Source of the DNA: Camelus ferus
Lineage: Eukaryota
Assembly (NCBI RefSeq): GCF_009834535.1
Contig: NC_045697.1
Span: 111,354,001 to 111,418,000, forward strand
Direction: 5' to 3'
Length of the DNA stretch: 64,000 nt
Made by a program: the position numbers and the translations under genes. Below the pieces are notes generated by a model. It did not search any database. It saw nothing but the letters and a program-made list of their open reading frames with translations, and had not been told where the DNA came from. This document shows, piece after piece, positions 37,935-51,469 of this stretch (within the stretch, counting starts at the first letter, position 1; each line of letters opens with the position of its first letter).

Positions 37935-38529
37935 TGTTGTGGGAGAACAGGCTCTTGCCTCGCACAGGAAAGAATTCAAGAGCAAGGCGTGGTAAAGTGA
38001 AAGCAAGTTTATTTAGAGAGACACACTCCATGGACAGAGTGCGGGCCGTCTCACTCAGAAGGGAGAGCGGCTTAGGAGATACACAGTCCATATGCAGAAT
38101 GTGGCCATCTCAGAAAGGCGAGAGGGAGAGAAGCCAATAGGTGTGGGGTGTTGAGTTTAAAGAAAAAGTAGATACACACTCCATAGACAGAGTGCGGGCA
38201 GTCTCAAGAAGGCAAGAGAGACAGCGACCACGAGGTGCGGGGTTGATAGGTTTTATGGGCTGGGTAATTTCATATGCTAATGAGTAGGAGGATTATTCCA
38301 ACCACTTTGGGGAAGGGCCAAGGATTTCCAGGGAACACCCCTCACCACCTACTTTTGGACCTTTTATGTTCAGCCTAGGCACTGTCATGGCACCTGAGGG
38401 TGTGCCATGAGGCTCAAGGTCTACTGGAAGTCAGATCTTCTGCCATCTTGGTTCTAACCAGCTTGTCCTGTCCTCATTGCTGTGTCATTCATTCAACAGT
38501 TGCACCCTGCCCCCTTTCATCCCACTTCA
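37935..38529 (-). mobile_element. ERV1-type solo LTR of a second family, sense to CPE
   Basis: TG...CA termini with a perfect 4-bp TSD catc (37931-37934, 38530-38533); AATAAA on the minus strand at 38008-38013; three imperfect internal repeats (agatacacactccatagacagagtgcggg). Confidence 0.85.
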
Positions 38530-41049
38530 CATCCAACTGGCCCAATTTCTTCAGTGGGAAAGATTCCTCCCATTTACAAAATCACTAGAACTGCTCACCT
38601 CTGGTTAAAAAACACATAAAAGTTGGAATTACCTTTCTCCTAGAAATATATTATGTAAATATTCTTTCATGAGATTCCTGGGTCTGTGCTTTGAGTGACT
38701 GCTAACCACAGAAACCATGCCCTGTGTGACCGCTCAGCCTGAGATGAAGCTAATCTTAATCTAAGGATCAGGCAGGAACAAGGTCAGTGCTATTTATAGG
38801 CCTCTCGTTTTTCACTTTGAGGGAATGTCTCTAACAGAACTAACCCCAGGGACTCACCCAGGAGGTATGTGAGAAGAGACGTTTTCTTTGCTTCTGATTT
38901 CAAAAGTCATAATCATCTTCTTTTCTGTCCAAGTCACCCCCTTAGTGGCTGTGTTAATGGGACTGAGGCACAGAGGAAACTACCGTGGTCCTTTACGAAA
39001 GAAAACAGAGACCAAGAAGCCAGGGGGATGTCAGAGGCCCGCCTCCCAAAGTTATTTGAGAATGCACTGTCGGAGGCACTCCGGTCCTGCTGCCTTACCC
39101 CAACACAACACTGAAGCTTCGGACACTTAAAAGGGCTTGACCCACAATGCATAAAGAGTGAGCACGCTGAAATGTTTTATTACTCCTCTGGATTAAAAAA
39201 AAAAAAAGAACTTTAATCATTTAAAGGAGAAGTAGCAAACGCACAGTCACTTAGCCAAATGTGGTACCCCAGTGTTTTGTTTGGCTGTCACTGCATAGCT
39301 TGTGTTTGAATTTGAATGCTTTGGGGTAGAGCATGTTCTTTCAGTTCTGCCCCAAGCCACACCGCTCCCTATCGCTGCTTTATTTATTTGTGGTTTCAGA
39401 ATCAGGACATTGTCAGTGTGGTCCTGCTTCTTCAGCTCTGTGGGAAATCTCAGGAACAAGTCTCCCCCAATACGCCTGTTACATTTGTAAGGAGATAGTA
39501 ATAATAATGACAATAGAAATGCTTTAGATTGACACAAAGATGGGACTGTCAAGGTCACTTTCTAGAAGCTATCAATGTATGGAAATAAAAAGTAAGGCAT
39601 AGATGACTTAGCGAAAGAAAAGCAAAGCGTAGTTTTATACACTTCTTCCATCTTCAGGAATAAATTGGATCACTAGATAATGCTGGCACCAGAATACAGA
39701 AGGGCTGTGATCTTTTAAGCCTACAGACATGTCATGTGAGATGGAGAAGAGCCACAGTTTAAATACAGCAGCTGTTGAAAATATGCAAATATGCAAATCC
39801 CAGTGTCAGATGCTACAGAGGCCCTGAGGCAGGTAGAGGGGCACTCCTAAACTCAAAGAGTGGAGGGTCCGGAGGACACAGACATGCACACGAACAGTGC
39901 ACAGGAGGGAGGTAACGGTGAATGTTGGATCCATAACCAACCAGCTTCAAGGCTCCAAACTGATATGTTACTACCACCCCTCTGTCCTCTCTCTAGCCCC
40001 TTTCCCTCCCAAAGCCAGAGCTGTCTTTACACAGTGCAGTCCTCATCAGCTCCCTCTACCTGAAAATCCATCAGCTAACTTCCCCCTGGCCTTCCTCACA
40101 AAGACCAAAGTCCTCGGCGGGACCTCTAACCCCACAGGGTCTGGCCTGAGGACCTCTCCTCTCCGGAGGCACCCACGCCTCCTCCAGCGCAGGGCTCTCC
40201 CCGCCATGCTGTCCACTCTTCACACACGCTGTGCCCGCTCAGCCTTCTGCTCACGGGTAACTAGGGTTTCCTTAGAGCATCTCACATCCAAGTCCAGCTC
40301 CTTTGTTGTTTTTAACATCTCGGTTTGAAAATGTGCAGTAATCACTGTGATGATTTGTTTAATCCCCCACCCCGGACTGTGTGTCTGTTAGGAGTGGGAT
40401 GTGCCCGAGTCAGCTCACAATGCACCACCTGCGCCCAGCACGGAGTCCGAAACAGTGAGAGCGCAGTAACACCGTTAAATGCATCCATGAGTAAGTGAAT
40501 AGATGAATGGTCTTCTTCTAAATCCCACGCCCTGGCAGCGGGACCGACATGCCCTTGAGATGCAGGTGCAGTCACGGCCCCTGCAAACCTTTCCGCAACA
40601 GCCAAGGGGGATAACTGAGTAACTGAAGGGGGGCGAGGCAGTACCAGGGAGTCAGCGCCCCGAGGCCCCAGCGCTTGCGGCGCCACCCCGCATCCTCAGG
40701 CAGGAATGGAAATTCTTCTTTGGGAATGAAGGCAGCACTGCAGGAACAGCTGATGTCCCAGGAGGAAGTTTAATCTCCATGGTCACAAGCGAACCACAGA
40801 AGCCCTCTAGGCAAGCAGCTCCCTAAGGCTATTTTTGTTGTAAGGGCTAAATAGAGGGTTCTGGAGAGACTTTGCCTTCACCATCTTTAGCCCAAAAATA
40901 GACACAAAAGGGAAGACTTTGGGCTTGGACAAAAGCGTCTCTCTGTGTCAACTGACCTTCAATCTGTTGAACAGAGTGACAGCTTTTCATCAGCACTTCA
41001 TTTTCTTTCCTGCGGCTATAAAGATGGAGTTTACAACAGATTTTAAACG

Positions 41050-41310
41050 GATGACACACGCGGTCCTGTTGACAGCGTCTGCAGGGGACACGTCCCGGGG
41101 AACAGGGACGTCATGCCCCGCGGCTGTCACTGTGACGCACGCGCGCAGACGCCGGCTCAGCGCTCCCGGCAACGGGCCGAGAAGCCGCGAGCGTCCTCCG
41201 TGTGCACGTGCGGACGGTTGCTCTCACATTCGTCTTACTTCCCTCACTATCTAATTCATTGCCCTTTTCACCCGATAGTTACCCGGAGCTCCTGATCCCG
41301 CAGCCGAGGA
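41050..41310. promoter_or_regulatory. CpG-dense intronic patch (candidate enhancer or alternative promoter)
   Basis: Many CpGs in non-repeat sequence; GACGTCA, TGACGCA, GCACGCGCGC and CACGTG motifs. Confidence 0.45.
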
Positions 41311-43479
41311 ACCATATTTGTACAGAACGCATTGCAGCGACTCAGGAAGGAGAGCTTCCCGGTTACATCAATTTTTTCCACAATTCTGTGTAATCAGTTT
41401 TCCAGTTACTTCGCGTGGCACACGGCCCTCCAGCAAGCCATCCGTAAAAGACGATCACCTCACAAACCACATTCAGCCTGGCTGGGCTGAGTGTCTATCT
41501 TATCTGTGTCACAGGACAAATAACGTTATCAGACTGGATCTGCATTCTCATCAGAACAAGATAAGAGTAACTATTAAGATTTATTTGTTTTTAACAAAAG
41601 CGCCAAATTTTTACCAAAGTCAGAAATATTATATCCCAAACTGGAGCAAGTAAGTGATTTTCAGTTTCACACTTGTAATTCTTAATTTGCCCCAATTGTA
41701 TTAATGTGATTTGAAATAACTAAGTCAGGAAGGAGGGGAAGGGGGAGGGAGGGAAGAAGGAAGAAAGAAAGAAAGGGAGAAAGGAAGGAATAAAGAAGTT
41801 TCTACTGCTTTAAAAATAAAACATAAGTATTTTGCACCCCAGAACCCCACACCCTTAGGCTCAGCACGTGGGTGAAGTCTGCAGCTGACAGCAGACTGGC
41901 AAAGCCCCCAGATGGGAGGCTTTAAGGTGACCAGAGAGCCACTGAAGCAGAATCCATAAAAAATAGGCTGAGCCTGAAAAAAATGATCTAATAAAGGGGC
42001 AAAAGTGAATAAATAATATTGTCTGCCTTTCCACAAAAAGGAAAATTCATTGTCACCCCCGTATTTGATCCAATGGTCAGCCTTTCTGTCCCTCTAATAT
42101 TTTCTCCTCTTGGAAATAGCTGACAGATAGGCTGACTGTTGGGTAGAGAGTAACTGATCAGATTTAAGACCCTTTCAAATCTTAGAGTCAATTATTCAAT
42201 GACCGGTATATGGGAAGAAAACAGCAGAGGGAAAGTATCTCATGGAAAATGAGGTAAATGTGAAAGTAGGATGTAAATCGGAAGTTCTAACAAGTACAGC
42301 ATCATTGTTTAGAAAAAATAAGTAGATGAAGGGTGTTTAAAGGAACTTGATTATAATAACAAGACCCTTCATCTTTCATCCTGCAGAGATGAAATTCATA
42401 ATGAGATTAATCTATTCTTCCCCCAACATCAAACTACTGTCAAAAATATAAGTCCCATAACTCATTTGAAAGATACATACTTAACTCATTGATTTCAAAA
42501 TACATGTTCCTGCTATATGTAATATACTAAACACATTGCTGAATAACTATAGCATACAAAAATAAAACCCCACTTCCCAAAGATATGATGGTAAAATGTG
42601 CACATAACCACTGATTTTGAGAAACAGATAACCAGCTATACAAATGGCACAATCACTGAACTGAGTTGATTCACAAAAGGCTGTGCAAACAAGTTGGACA
42701 CGCCTGTGGAACACATGGGGTTTTTTAATCAGTGACTTTCCTCCCTCAGTGGTAAACCTGAGGTTAAGATATTAGTGCTAATAATGGTTTCCACTTGTTT
42801 GACATTCTAACATATTATAGCCTACAAATCACACTTGCAGAATGAGCCCCATAAGTTCCCCAATACTTGTGGATAATATGTCATTAATTGGCTCCTGTTT
42901 CAGCACATGTTAGCAGCCTAAAATGCTGAGTATATTCCTGAAAGAAATGCAAATCTTCAGGGGCCAAATAAACAAAGGAAGAAACTGGGTATGTTTATAA
43001 AAATAGATGCCAGATGAGGCAGAGATAAAGAAGGAAGGGAGAAAGAAACCAAGGAAAGGCAAAAGAACAAAAAACAGTTGCAGAAGAAATTGCTGAGTTA
43101 GAAGATTATAATACCTTGCTCCTTTCTTCCAAGTTACATTTTAAAATAACTAAATTAGCATGACACCTTGAAAGTGAAATCTCGCTTCATCTGATTTTTA
43201 ATGGGCACTCGACATAGAATATATTACAGAATTAGTATGCAGAGATACACTACAGAATTATTTTTTAAAATAGTAATTGTGTGTTAGAAATTACACATAA
43301 TTTTAAAGTTCTCTTACAATTGGTATCTAGAATGTTCCTAGTAATAGCCTACTTGAAAAAAAGAGGGTAAACAAAAGACCAGAAGCTATTTCCAGCCTTA
43401 CAATGTCTGAGTTTTAATATTAACAAATACCTTCAACTTTTTTGAAATTAAAATATTTGTTTTCATACAGGCATGCTAG

Positions 43480-43670
43480 ATACAATGAGAAGCTGGTAAA
43501 TGTTTAACAAGCAGCTCTGATCTGTAGCATTTGCCAATTTCCATGGTGTAAATACTGCCACCACAGCCAGTATGAGGCTCTCTGTGTGAGGTCAACTGGC
43601 TCACACACATACTGAATAGCAAAATAGATCTCATAAGCCAGTGCAAGCCTACTCCAGCACATCACTGCTA
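43480..43670. mobile_element. MER63-like hAT relic
   Basis: gctggtaaatgtttaacaa...tttgccaatttccatggtgtaaatact...ctccagcacatcactg. Confidence 0.65.
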
Positions 43671-44244
43671 TGCAGAGCAATTACTTGGGATGTATGTCTC
43701 GTCGTAAGTTCTCCAGAAGGGAATCTGAGGTCTAAGAAACCTGAAGACTTTTCAAACACCTGATAAGATAATCTGGCTAGCCTCTACCCTAATGTCTTTC
43801 TTTATGTTTAATTTTTTATGTTTAATTTTACACAGGAAGACTTAAAAGAGCTTTGTTTGGGTTTTTCTTGTATTGAGATAGAGCTATTTTCCAGAATACT
43901 GCATCATTATCATTCTAGGAGGGAGGAAAGGTAGAGAGAAGTGGGAAATTTGGGAGCTGAGTTAATTACCCCAGAAGTTATTGATGCACTGGATTCTATC
44001 ACTCTTTGCTCTGAAACTGGCCATAATAAATCAATGAAAAAAAATTCACTTTAACCTATTAAATAGTTTTTCTAAAATACTTATCAGCAATTTCAGGTAT
44101 TCAAAGTTTCTTTTTTCTTCCTACAGTCTTGACCTACGAGGCTATCTTCACAGTAGAAAAGGCAATATAATTTCACGCCCACTCATATAGAAACTTATAA
44201 TTTAAAAATCAGAGAAATTAGCTATTTAATATTAGTAACATGAA

Positions 44245-44367
44245 GGGGGAGGGTATAGCTCAGTGGCAGAGCATGTACTTAGCATGCATGAGGTCCTGGG
44301 TTCAATCCCCAGTACTTCCATTAACTAAATAAATAAACAAACCTAATTATCACCCCCCCCAAAAAAA
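44245..44367 (+). mobile_element. tRNA-derived camelid SINE (vic-1-like)
   Basis: gggggagggtatagctcagtggcagagcatgtacttagcatgcatgaggtcctgggttcaatccccag...acctaattatcacccccccc-aaaaaa; homologous to 28457-28594. Confidence 0.88.
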
Positions 44368-46572
44368 TTGTTACATTAAACACTTTATAACTACTAAAGA
44401 GAGACTGCCTACAAAAGGCTTTAGATTCAGGGAAAAAAAAAAGTTTGACTTGTTTAAGAGCATCATGAAGTGAATACAACTTTTAATACAGAAACGAGAT
44501 AAGGCAGAGATGGTTTTAATGATGTAGTTTCATGCTTTATAATCTTTGTATAATATTGATCACAGAATTGCTGCAAAGCACGACGACAGTGACAGACCTC
44601 CTCAAATGTACGGCAGGATGCCTCTGTGGACTCATTTACTGAGGATGGCTTTTGGACCATAAAGCATCTTTTAGAAGTATTAATTTCTAGTTATTTTAGA
44701 TAACTCTCTTAAAAGGTTCTACTGTCTTTTACCAGTATTCTTATCAAATAAAGTAAAATGTAAAGATAAAATTTATCTAAGAGGCCAAGAACAGAACAGA
44801 ATTCAATGAACTGGCACTAGAAATAAGGTAAAATAAACAGGAAAGGACTGGTTTTAGAGAAGTGATTATGATTCAGGTCTTTACCGACTCTCTCATCAAC
44901 ATATTTGGTTGTGATCTGTATGTTTATTTTGGAAAACAATGCCCTTGAGGAACTGATTTTGTGGCTTGAGAAGAGAAATTTAGGTACAGCATCACGTTTC
45001 TGAAAGTTGCAGGTTGTTTAAGTTTCCTCAGGATGGTTATGTGGGGATTTGATTGATTCTGCACAACTCCAGAAGACAAAACTAGAACCGAAACTAGAAG
45101 GTTCAGAGAGAGAGCATTTAACACAGGTGAAGAACAAATTTCTTTCAACTAGAGCTGCTGGAAGACCGGTTGGCCGCAACGAAATCATTAATTCCCCCAG
45201 AAGGTACAAAGGTATCTCAGCGACATGGCACACAGGTGGGGCTGGATGGTCTCTTCAACATCCTGTGATTCCATCAAAAGAAGACCTTTGACAAACTATT
45301 GGTATTCAAGCTTCTAAATGTGTCCCATACAAATCAGATACATGTTCTCAATACATGTTAGTTGACAATTTTGATAGTTCTCTGAAACAAAGAGAAAATG
45401 GTGGATCATCTCAGTGAGCTAAGACATGATTACAAAGAGTCATGGAAAAACACGAGTCTATTTCCAGCAGTCATCTCTCTATGCTCATGAATAAAGAGCT
45501 CATCTTATTTCAAAGGTGAACATTTGAGAGGACCAGTAAGTGACGTCATCAGAACCTGTGTGGGTGGAAAATGTCAAGCATTTCTAGCAGATGCGGATGA
45601 ATGAAGAAGAAAAACTTCAATTTGCTAAAAACAGATAAAGTGGTAGCAAGGGTAACTACCTACAAAAAATGAGCAATGTTAAAGCTTGGTTGAACAATCT
45701 CTCCCCAGAAATTCTTTGAAACTTCCTTTTTAATTCTCTCAAGAAGAAGATAACTCAAAAGTCAAGTTTATTTGTCAAAACACCTTCAGGGTGTTATTTC
45801 TTTCAACATCATAACTGAAGACTTGCAGTGCTAGGCATATACCAGTCTCAGAAGCAGTAGGCAATACAGCAGAAGCTTTTAAAGACAAGTAAAGGACCAA
45901 ATCAAGTCTGAGTCTTTCTCCTGCCTCAGTACTGAAGCCAGTACCGAGCTGGAGATGACTCACCTGTGGGAGGGCTGGGTCTGCCAGGTCTCCCTCCAAG
46001 AGATTACTGCATATCAGGGCATTCATGAAGCATCCTCTTTTTTTTTTCTTCCCCAGAGCTTTTGAAGAAAAGTTTGCTGACTTAACAATTCTATAGGTCA
46101 GAATCATTTGCGGGCTTGCAACACATACAGATTTCTGAGCTCCATTACCAAAGATCATACTTCAGAAGGTCTAAGCAGGGAGCTGAACACGTGTATTTTT
46201 TTAAGGATCTAGAGGTGATTCTGACACCCTTCCAGGAAGGAGGAGTGGTTAGGGACGTAGGTGTAGGGAAAGTTTAGTGTGGGAGGAGTTCAGTTATGCC
46301 AACAGTCAGGTAGGAATTCCAACAGCTAAGGGCCATTGGGATATAGATTGAAAAGGGTAATAGTTCTTTTCAATTTGTGGGTCATGAACTTTTTTGAGAA
46401 TTTGATTTAAACAAAACTATGAATTCTCTTCTCTCATATTTGCAAAGAAAAAAATCCACAAAATTATGCAATAATCTTACAAACTTAAGGAATCATATGA
46501 CTAGACATTCACAAGTCAGGAAAGAGGGGAGATCACAGCCACCATAAGCATCTCTTACACAGGCTGGTTTTC

Positions 46573-47271
46573 TGTTCCAGACAAACGGGAGACTATTGCT
46601 TGCACTTCCTTCCTGCAGATGGCCCAGAGCAGCATGGCAACAATTTGGCACTGTTTAAAAAAGCTGGGAGAGGGGGCAGCATGGACTTAGGTGAGACAAA
46701 CATGTGTTTGAATTTCAACTCTAATGAAAGCAGCTCTTTTGACCCTTTCTTGTTTGCCCATTTCTGTCCCCCTCTAACCTTAAAAGAACCTAATTACAGG
46801 AATGAGATCACTAAGTAATTGAAACTAACCCCTGACTTACGCTCTCTTGAATGCACACCATGCCTGGCCAACTGGTTCTTTTCCTGGATGAAAAGAAGTG
46901 AGAATGAAGAATTAAGCAGTTCAAGAATGACTAGCTGTCCACCCCCAACAACCCCTCAGCAATCTTGCAGGCAGACAATGCAGGCAACGTAACATCTGAA
47001 GAGAGAATCAGCCAGTCTGCACACAATGGAGATGATGCGGAACCAAACTTCCTGCCTTGATGATGATTCAGAGATTCTTCCCCCATTTTTCCCTTTAAAA
47101 ACTATCATGGCTGAGCAAAATCTTCTGAGTTGGTCTCAGGAAATGAGTCCACCTTCTCCCCAGATTGCTGGCTTTTCTGATTAAAGCAACTTTCCTTTCT
47201 GCTGACACTTGCCTTTCAAATTATTGGCTTTTGAGCAGTAAGCAGCCAAAACTGAATTTGGTAGTACTAAC
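46573..47271 (+). mobile_element. ERV1-type LTR (approximate limits)
   Basis: TATA-like ccctttaaaaact, attaaagcaactttcc poly(A) signal, and a ttggcttttgagcagtaagcagcc...aatttggta 3' end. Confidence 0.55.
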
Positions 47272-47644
47272 ATCGCATATGCATGTATCTAAACTTCTTC
47301 AAGCAACCCCTTCCCCTGTCCCCAGTATTCTTTTCCCTAACTTGGCTTACTAAAATCTCTTTTGTTGTGTTGTTGGGAGGATTAAATCAGAAAATACAGA
47401 GATGAGACATTTTGCACCATGCCCCACAACTAGCAGGTAACCAACAAATGGAAATAATATTGCCCATGACACACGTTGCTATCATAATATGAACAATCTC
47501 CCCTGTTTGAGACAGAAGAAGTTAGAATCATCTAACAGGAATATGAGGTGACAATGGGATCTTTCAAAGACCTATGGAACCTAAGTGGATTTGGAAAATT
47601 AACCAATCCTTCAAGAGTATAGATAATAACTTATTCCACATGGC

Positions 47645-47805
47645 AGGCTCCTCAAACTTGGACGTGCATGTGAATCTCCTGGAGGTACTGTTAAAATGCA
47701 AATTCCAATTCAGCAAGTCTGCAGTGGGGCCTGAGAGCCTGAAGCTCTAGGAATCTCCCAGGGGATACCATGCTGTTGTCTGTGATCATTCTTTGAGTGC
47801 AGAAA
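47645..47805. mobile_element. MER5A-like relic
   Basis: ctcaaacttg...gaatctcctggagg...gttaaaatgcaaattcc...tggggcctgaga...cccaggggatacc. Confidence 0.65.
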
Positions 47806-48488
47806 GACTATGTGGAACCTCCAAAATCAAGAGTAGGGAAAAGAAAGAGCAAGCAAGAGAGACTGACTTCTAAATAATAAAAGATCTCTTTAGAAACTTG
47901 AGTGCTTTTGCATATTGTTGGCTCACTCCAAGCAAGGTTGAGTGCACACTCCCAGCCAAAAGCACACAGCTTAATTTTGGAGGCCACTACATGGCCTGAG
48001 GTCTAAGGCTCACTATAAATGGTAAACTGTATGAACAAAAAAGAATCTGCTGGTGTATACTGAATTCAACATTAGATGCAGGAAGATGGTAGAATATCAT
48101 AGGGCTTACTGAAATAACTCTGCTTCTGAATAAATCATGAGTAATCATGGATTCTTACAGTATATGCACTATCATATTTTGTTTATAGTTCTCTCACTAA
48201 AGTACTTTCAAGATTTTTACTGATTGCAACTATTCTCATTTTACCTCCCACTCCATCTCACCCATTTTCTGCTACTCTTTATTTCTTTAGGGATTAAGAT
48301 AAGACTTACAGAGAATTTTTCAAATGAAGAGAATAGATTAGTAAAATAATGGACAAGTCTCATCCAAGGTCAAGAGACAATAACTTGGATATACGTGGGT
48401 CCCCAAAAGACTAGAGATTTCTCATCTTACAATAATTTATATTAGTTCATATTACTGTTTTACTTTTCCCTTCCCATAGGGATCCTTT

Positions 48489-49352
48489 TTTTTTTATTGA
48501 TTTATAATCATTTTACAATGTTGAATCAAATTCCAGTGTAGAGCACAATTTTTCAGTTATACATGAACATATATATATTCATTGTCACATTTTTTTCTCT
48601 GTGAGCTACCATAAGATCTTGTGTATATTTCCCTGTGCTATACAGTATAATCTTATCTATTCTACAATTTTAAAATCCCGTCTATCCCTTCCCACCCTCC
48701 ACCCCCTTGGCAATCACAAGTTTGTATTCTATGTCTATGAGTCTATTTCTGTTTTGTATTTATGCTTTGTTTTTTTGTTTATGTTTTTTAGATTCCACAT
48801 ATGAGTGATCTCATATGGTATTTTTCTTTCTCTTTCTGGCTTATTTCACTTAGAATGATATTCTCTAGGAGCATCCATGTTGCTGCAAATGGCGTTATGT
48901 TGTTGGTTTTTATGGCTGAATAGTATTCCATTGTATAAATATACCACTTCTTCTCTATCCAGTCACCTGTTGATGGACATTTAGGCTGTTTCCATGTCTT
49001 GGCTATTGTAAATAGTGCTGCTATGAACATTGGGGTGCAGGTGTCATCCTGAAGTAGGGTTCTTCCTTCTGGATAAAAGCCCAGGAGCGGGATTCCTGGG
49101 TCATATGGTAAGTCTATTCCTAGTCTTTTGAGGAATCTCCATACCGTTTTCCATAGTGGCTGCACCAAACTGCATTCCCACCAGCAGTGTAGGAGGGTTC
49201 CCCTTTCTCCACAGCCTCTCCAGCATTTGTCATTTGTGGATTTTTGAATGATGGCCATTCTGGCTGGTGTGAGGTGATACCTCATTGTAGTTTTGATTTG
49301 CATTTCTCTGATAATTAGTGATATTGAGCATTTTTTCATGTGCCTATTGATC
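48489..49352 (-). mobile_element. Young camelid L1, 5'-truncated (about 860 bp)
   Basis: Open ORF2 C-terminus ([18 protein letters not shown] zinc knuckle, 189-aa ORF), poly(T) on the + strand, 16-bp TSD cccatagggatYcttt at 48473-48488 and 49353-49368. Confidence 0.95.
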
Positions 49353-49959
49353 CCCATAGGGATTCTTTAATGTTAATGTAAAGAAATGTTCCACAAGCAT
49401 TCGCAAGTAAAAACAATATTGAAATGTTTTGCTAAATAAAATATAAACCACATAGCTTCAATGAAGAAATAAAGACAATAAAGAAATACTGTCCTAAATG
49501 TTAACTGATCATCCTTAACTTCACGTGATCCCAGGTAAACCATATTTACAATCCCAAAATGTCAACATAATATTATATTGAATCTTGTCATTGTTTCTGC
49601 TGATAAATTCACAATTTTTTTAAAGCTATTTAAGATGTTGTATTTGGATGGTTTGAGATCTCGTCAAAAACATTCTTATTGAAACATTTCTTGGTGAACA
49701 AAATAAACAGCTGTCTGTTTTCAACTTTAATGATACAAATCATCATGTGGATCAGCAGTTCCCACTTAAAAAGATTTTATAACTGCTTATCAGCTCAAAA
49801 GATAAATAACTGTATCCCAAACCCAGCAAGAGAAAAGAATTTCTTTCTGCAAAGATAGTTAAATAACAAAAAAATCAAACAGAAAAATTGCACATGAAAT
49901 TGCATGAAACCAAAACAAATAAAAACCTATACAGCCCTATCTACATAGACGGATATGAA

Positions 49960-51240
49960 TATTTAAGGTCACAGCAATTCTCACATCCATCAGCAATATA
50001 TGAAAGTGTCTGCCTACCCACACCATGGCCAGCAATGGAGCTTATTATCTGCTTTTCATTTCAATAACTTGTTTTAGTTTGTATTTCTTTTATTAGAGAA
50101 GTTGAATTCTTCTCATATATTTCATACATTGCCATTGGCCATCCACATTCCATCTTATGTATCTTGCTTAACTGCAAGCTTTGTCTATTTTTCTATCACA
50201 TTTCTATTTTTCTTATTGTTTTATAGATGTTCATTGTATATTAAGTACAAGTTTCTTCTTTATCATGCAGCTTTGCAAATATTTTCTTACTCTAGACTTT
50301 TTTTTTTTTTTTTTTTACTTTTTGCCATATATTTTCCCATAGAAAAATTCCTAATTTTGTTAGTCAAAAACTACCTAACTTTTTAAAAATGGCATCTGGA
50401 CTCTTCCTGTCTTTTAGGAAAAATTAAACAAAAGTAATCCTAAATCTTCTTCTATGACTTTTATCATTTTGATTTTTGCATTTAGATCTTTATTCTACCT
50501 CAAATATATATATACATATAATATGTAATATATGTTTATATACTTATGATATTATATATCATATATAAATATATATTTGAGGTAGATATATATATGATGA
50601 GGTGTGTATATATACATGCATATATATACATATATATATATGTATATATGAAGTAATAGTTTATCTTATTCAAGGTGGAAGCCAATTATGCCAACATCAT
50701 TTTTCCCTTGAATTTAAATTATACATTTATTACAAATTAGATTTCCATATATACTTTAGCCTATTTCTGGATGTTTTTCTGTTCTACTAGCTATTTCTTT
50801 CTGGACTTTATACCATGCTGTTTCAATTAGATAATTTTTTACTAGATAACATAGTAAATGCACATTTTAACAGCTGGTAAGACAATATAAGTTTCTCTTC
50901 CAAGATTTTTCTCTAGAATTCAGATACATTTATTTTTTTCACATAAAAGTGAAAATAATTTCCTTCATTTCAAAAACAGAAGACTCTGGAGTTTCATTAA
51001 AAGTGCACATTCATTTTGGAAGAATTACTATTTTCATGGTTTTAAGTCTTTCTGTGAACTCAATTTCCATTTTTTCAAGTCCTATCAATAAAGTTGTACA
51101 TCCCTCTTCACACAGGAGTTGCAGCTTTCTTGTTAAATCTATTCCTGGGTATATAATTGTGAAAGGAATATTTTTCCACTATTATACCTAACTTATTATT
51201 GCTACTATTTTAAAAAGCTGTTAACTTTCTGTCATTTTTT
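49960..51240 (-). mobile_element. Ancient L1M fragment with a (TA)-rich expansion at about 50500-50650
   Basis: Degenerate antisense ORF2 (tttgcaaatattttct, gccaattatgccaacatcattt, ttcttgttaaatctattcctgggtat). Confidence 0.65.
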
Positions 51241-51469
51241 TTTCAAATGTAAAGAAAATATCAAAATCAGTAAAAGAAGGTAGGAGTAAGGAATTTTCAA
51301 AGCTATAAGCAAAAATTAACCAATAAGATAGAAAATATTAATAAAATATAACTTCTGCTGAGCCTGAAAAGAAAAAAAAAAGACAAAACAAATTTACGTA
51401 GTATTAGAAGAAAAGAAATACAACCATCAGAACCAAAAATACGGACATTATAACTTTTATTAGTAAAAA

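Noticed and set aside
38015..38225. Three spaced ~30-50 bp repeats resembling an array
   Set aside because: Imperfect internal repeats of an LTR in a mammalian genome, not CRISPR.
44245..44320. tRNA gene-like sequence (also at 28457-28530)
   Set aside because: It continues into a SINE-specific tail and poly(A), occurs twice, and the 28457 copy has a TSD, so it is a SINE head rather than a tRNA gene.
45955..46010. Perfect minus-strand donor CAG|GTGAGT, a possible cryptic exon
   Set aside because: No convincing upstream acceptor or coding similarity; such 9-mers arise by chance in long introns.
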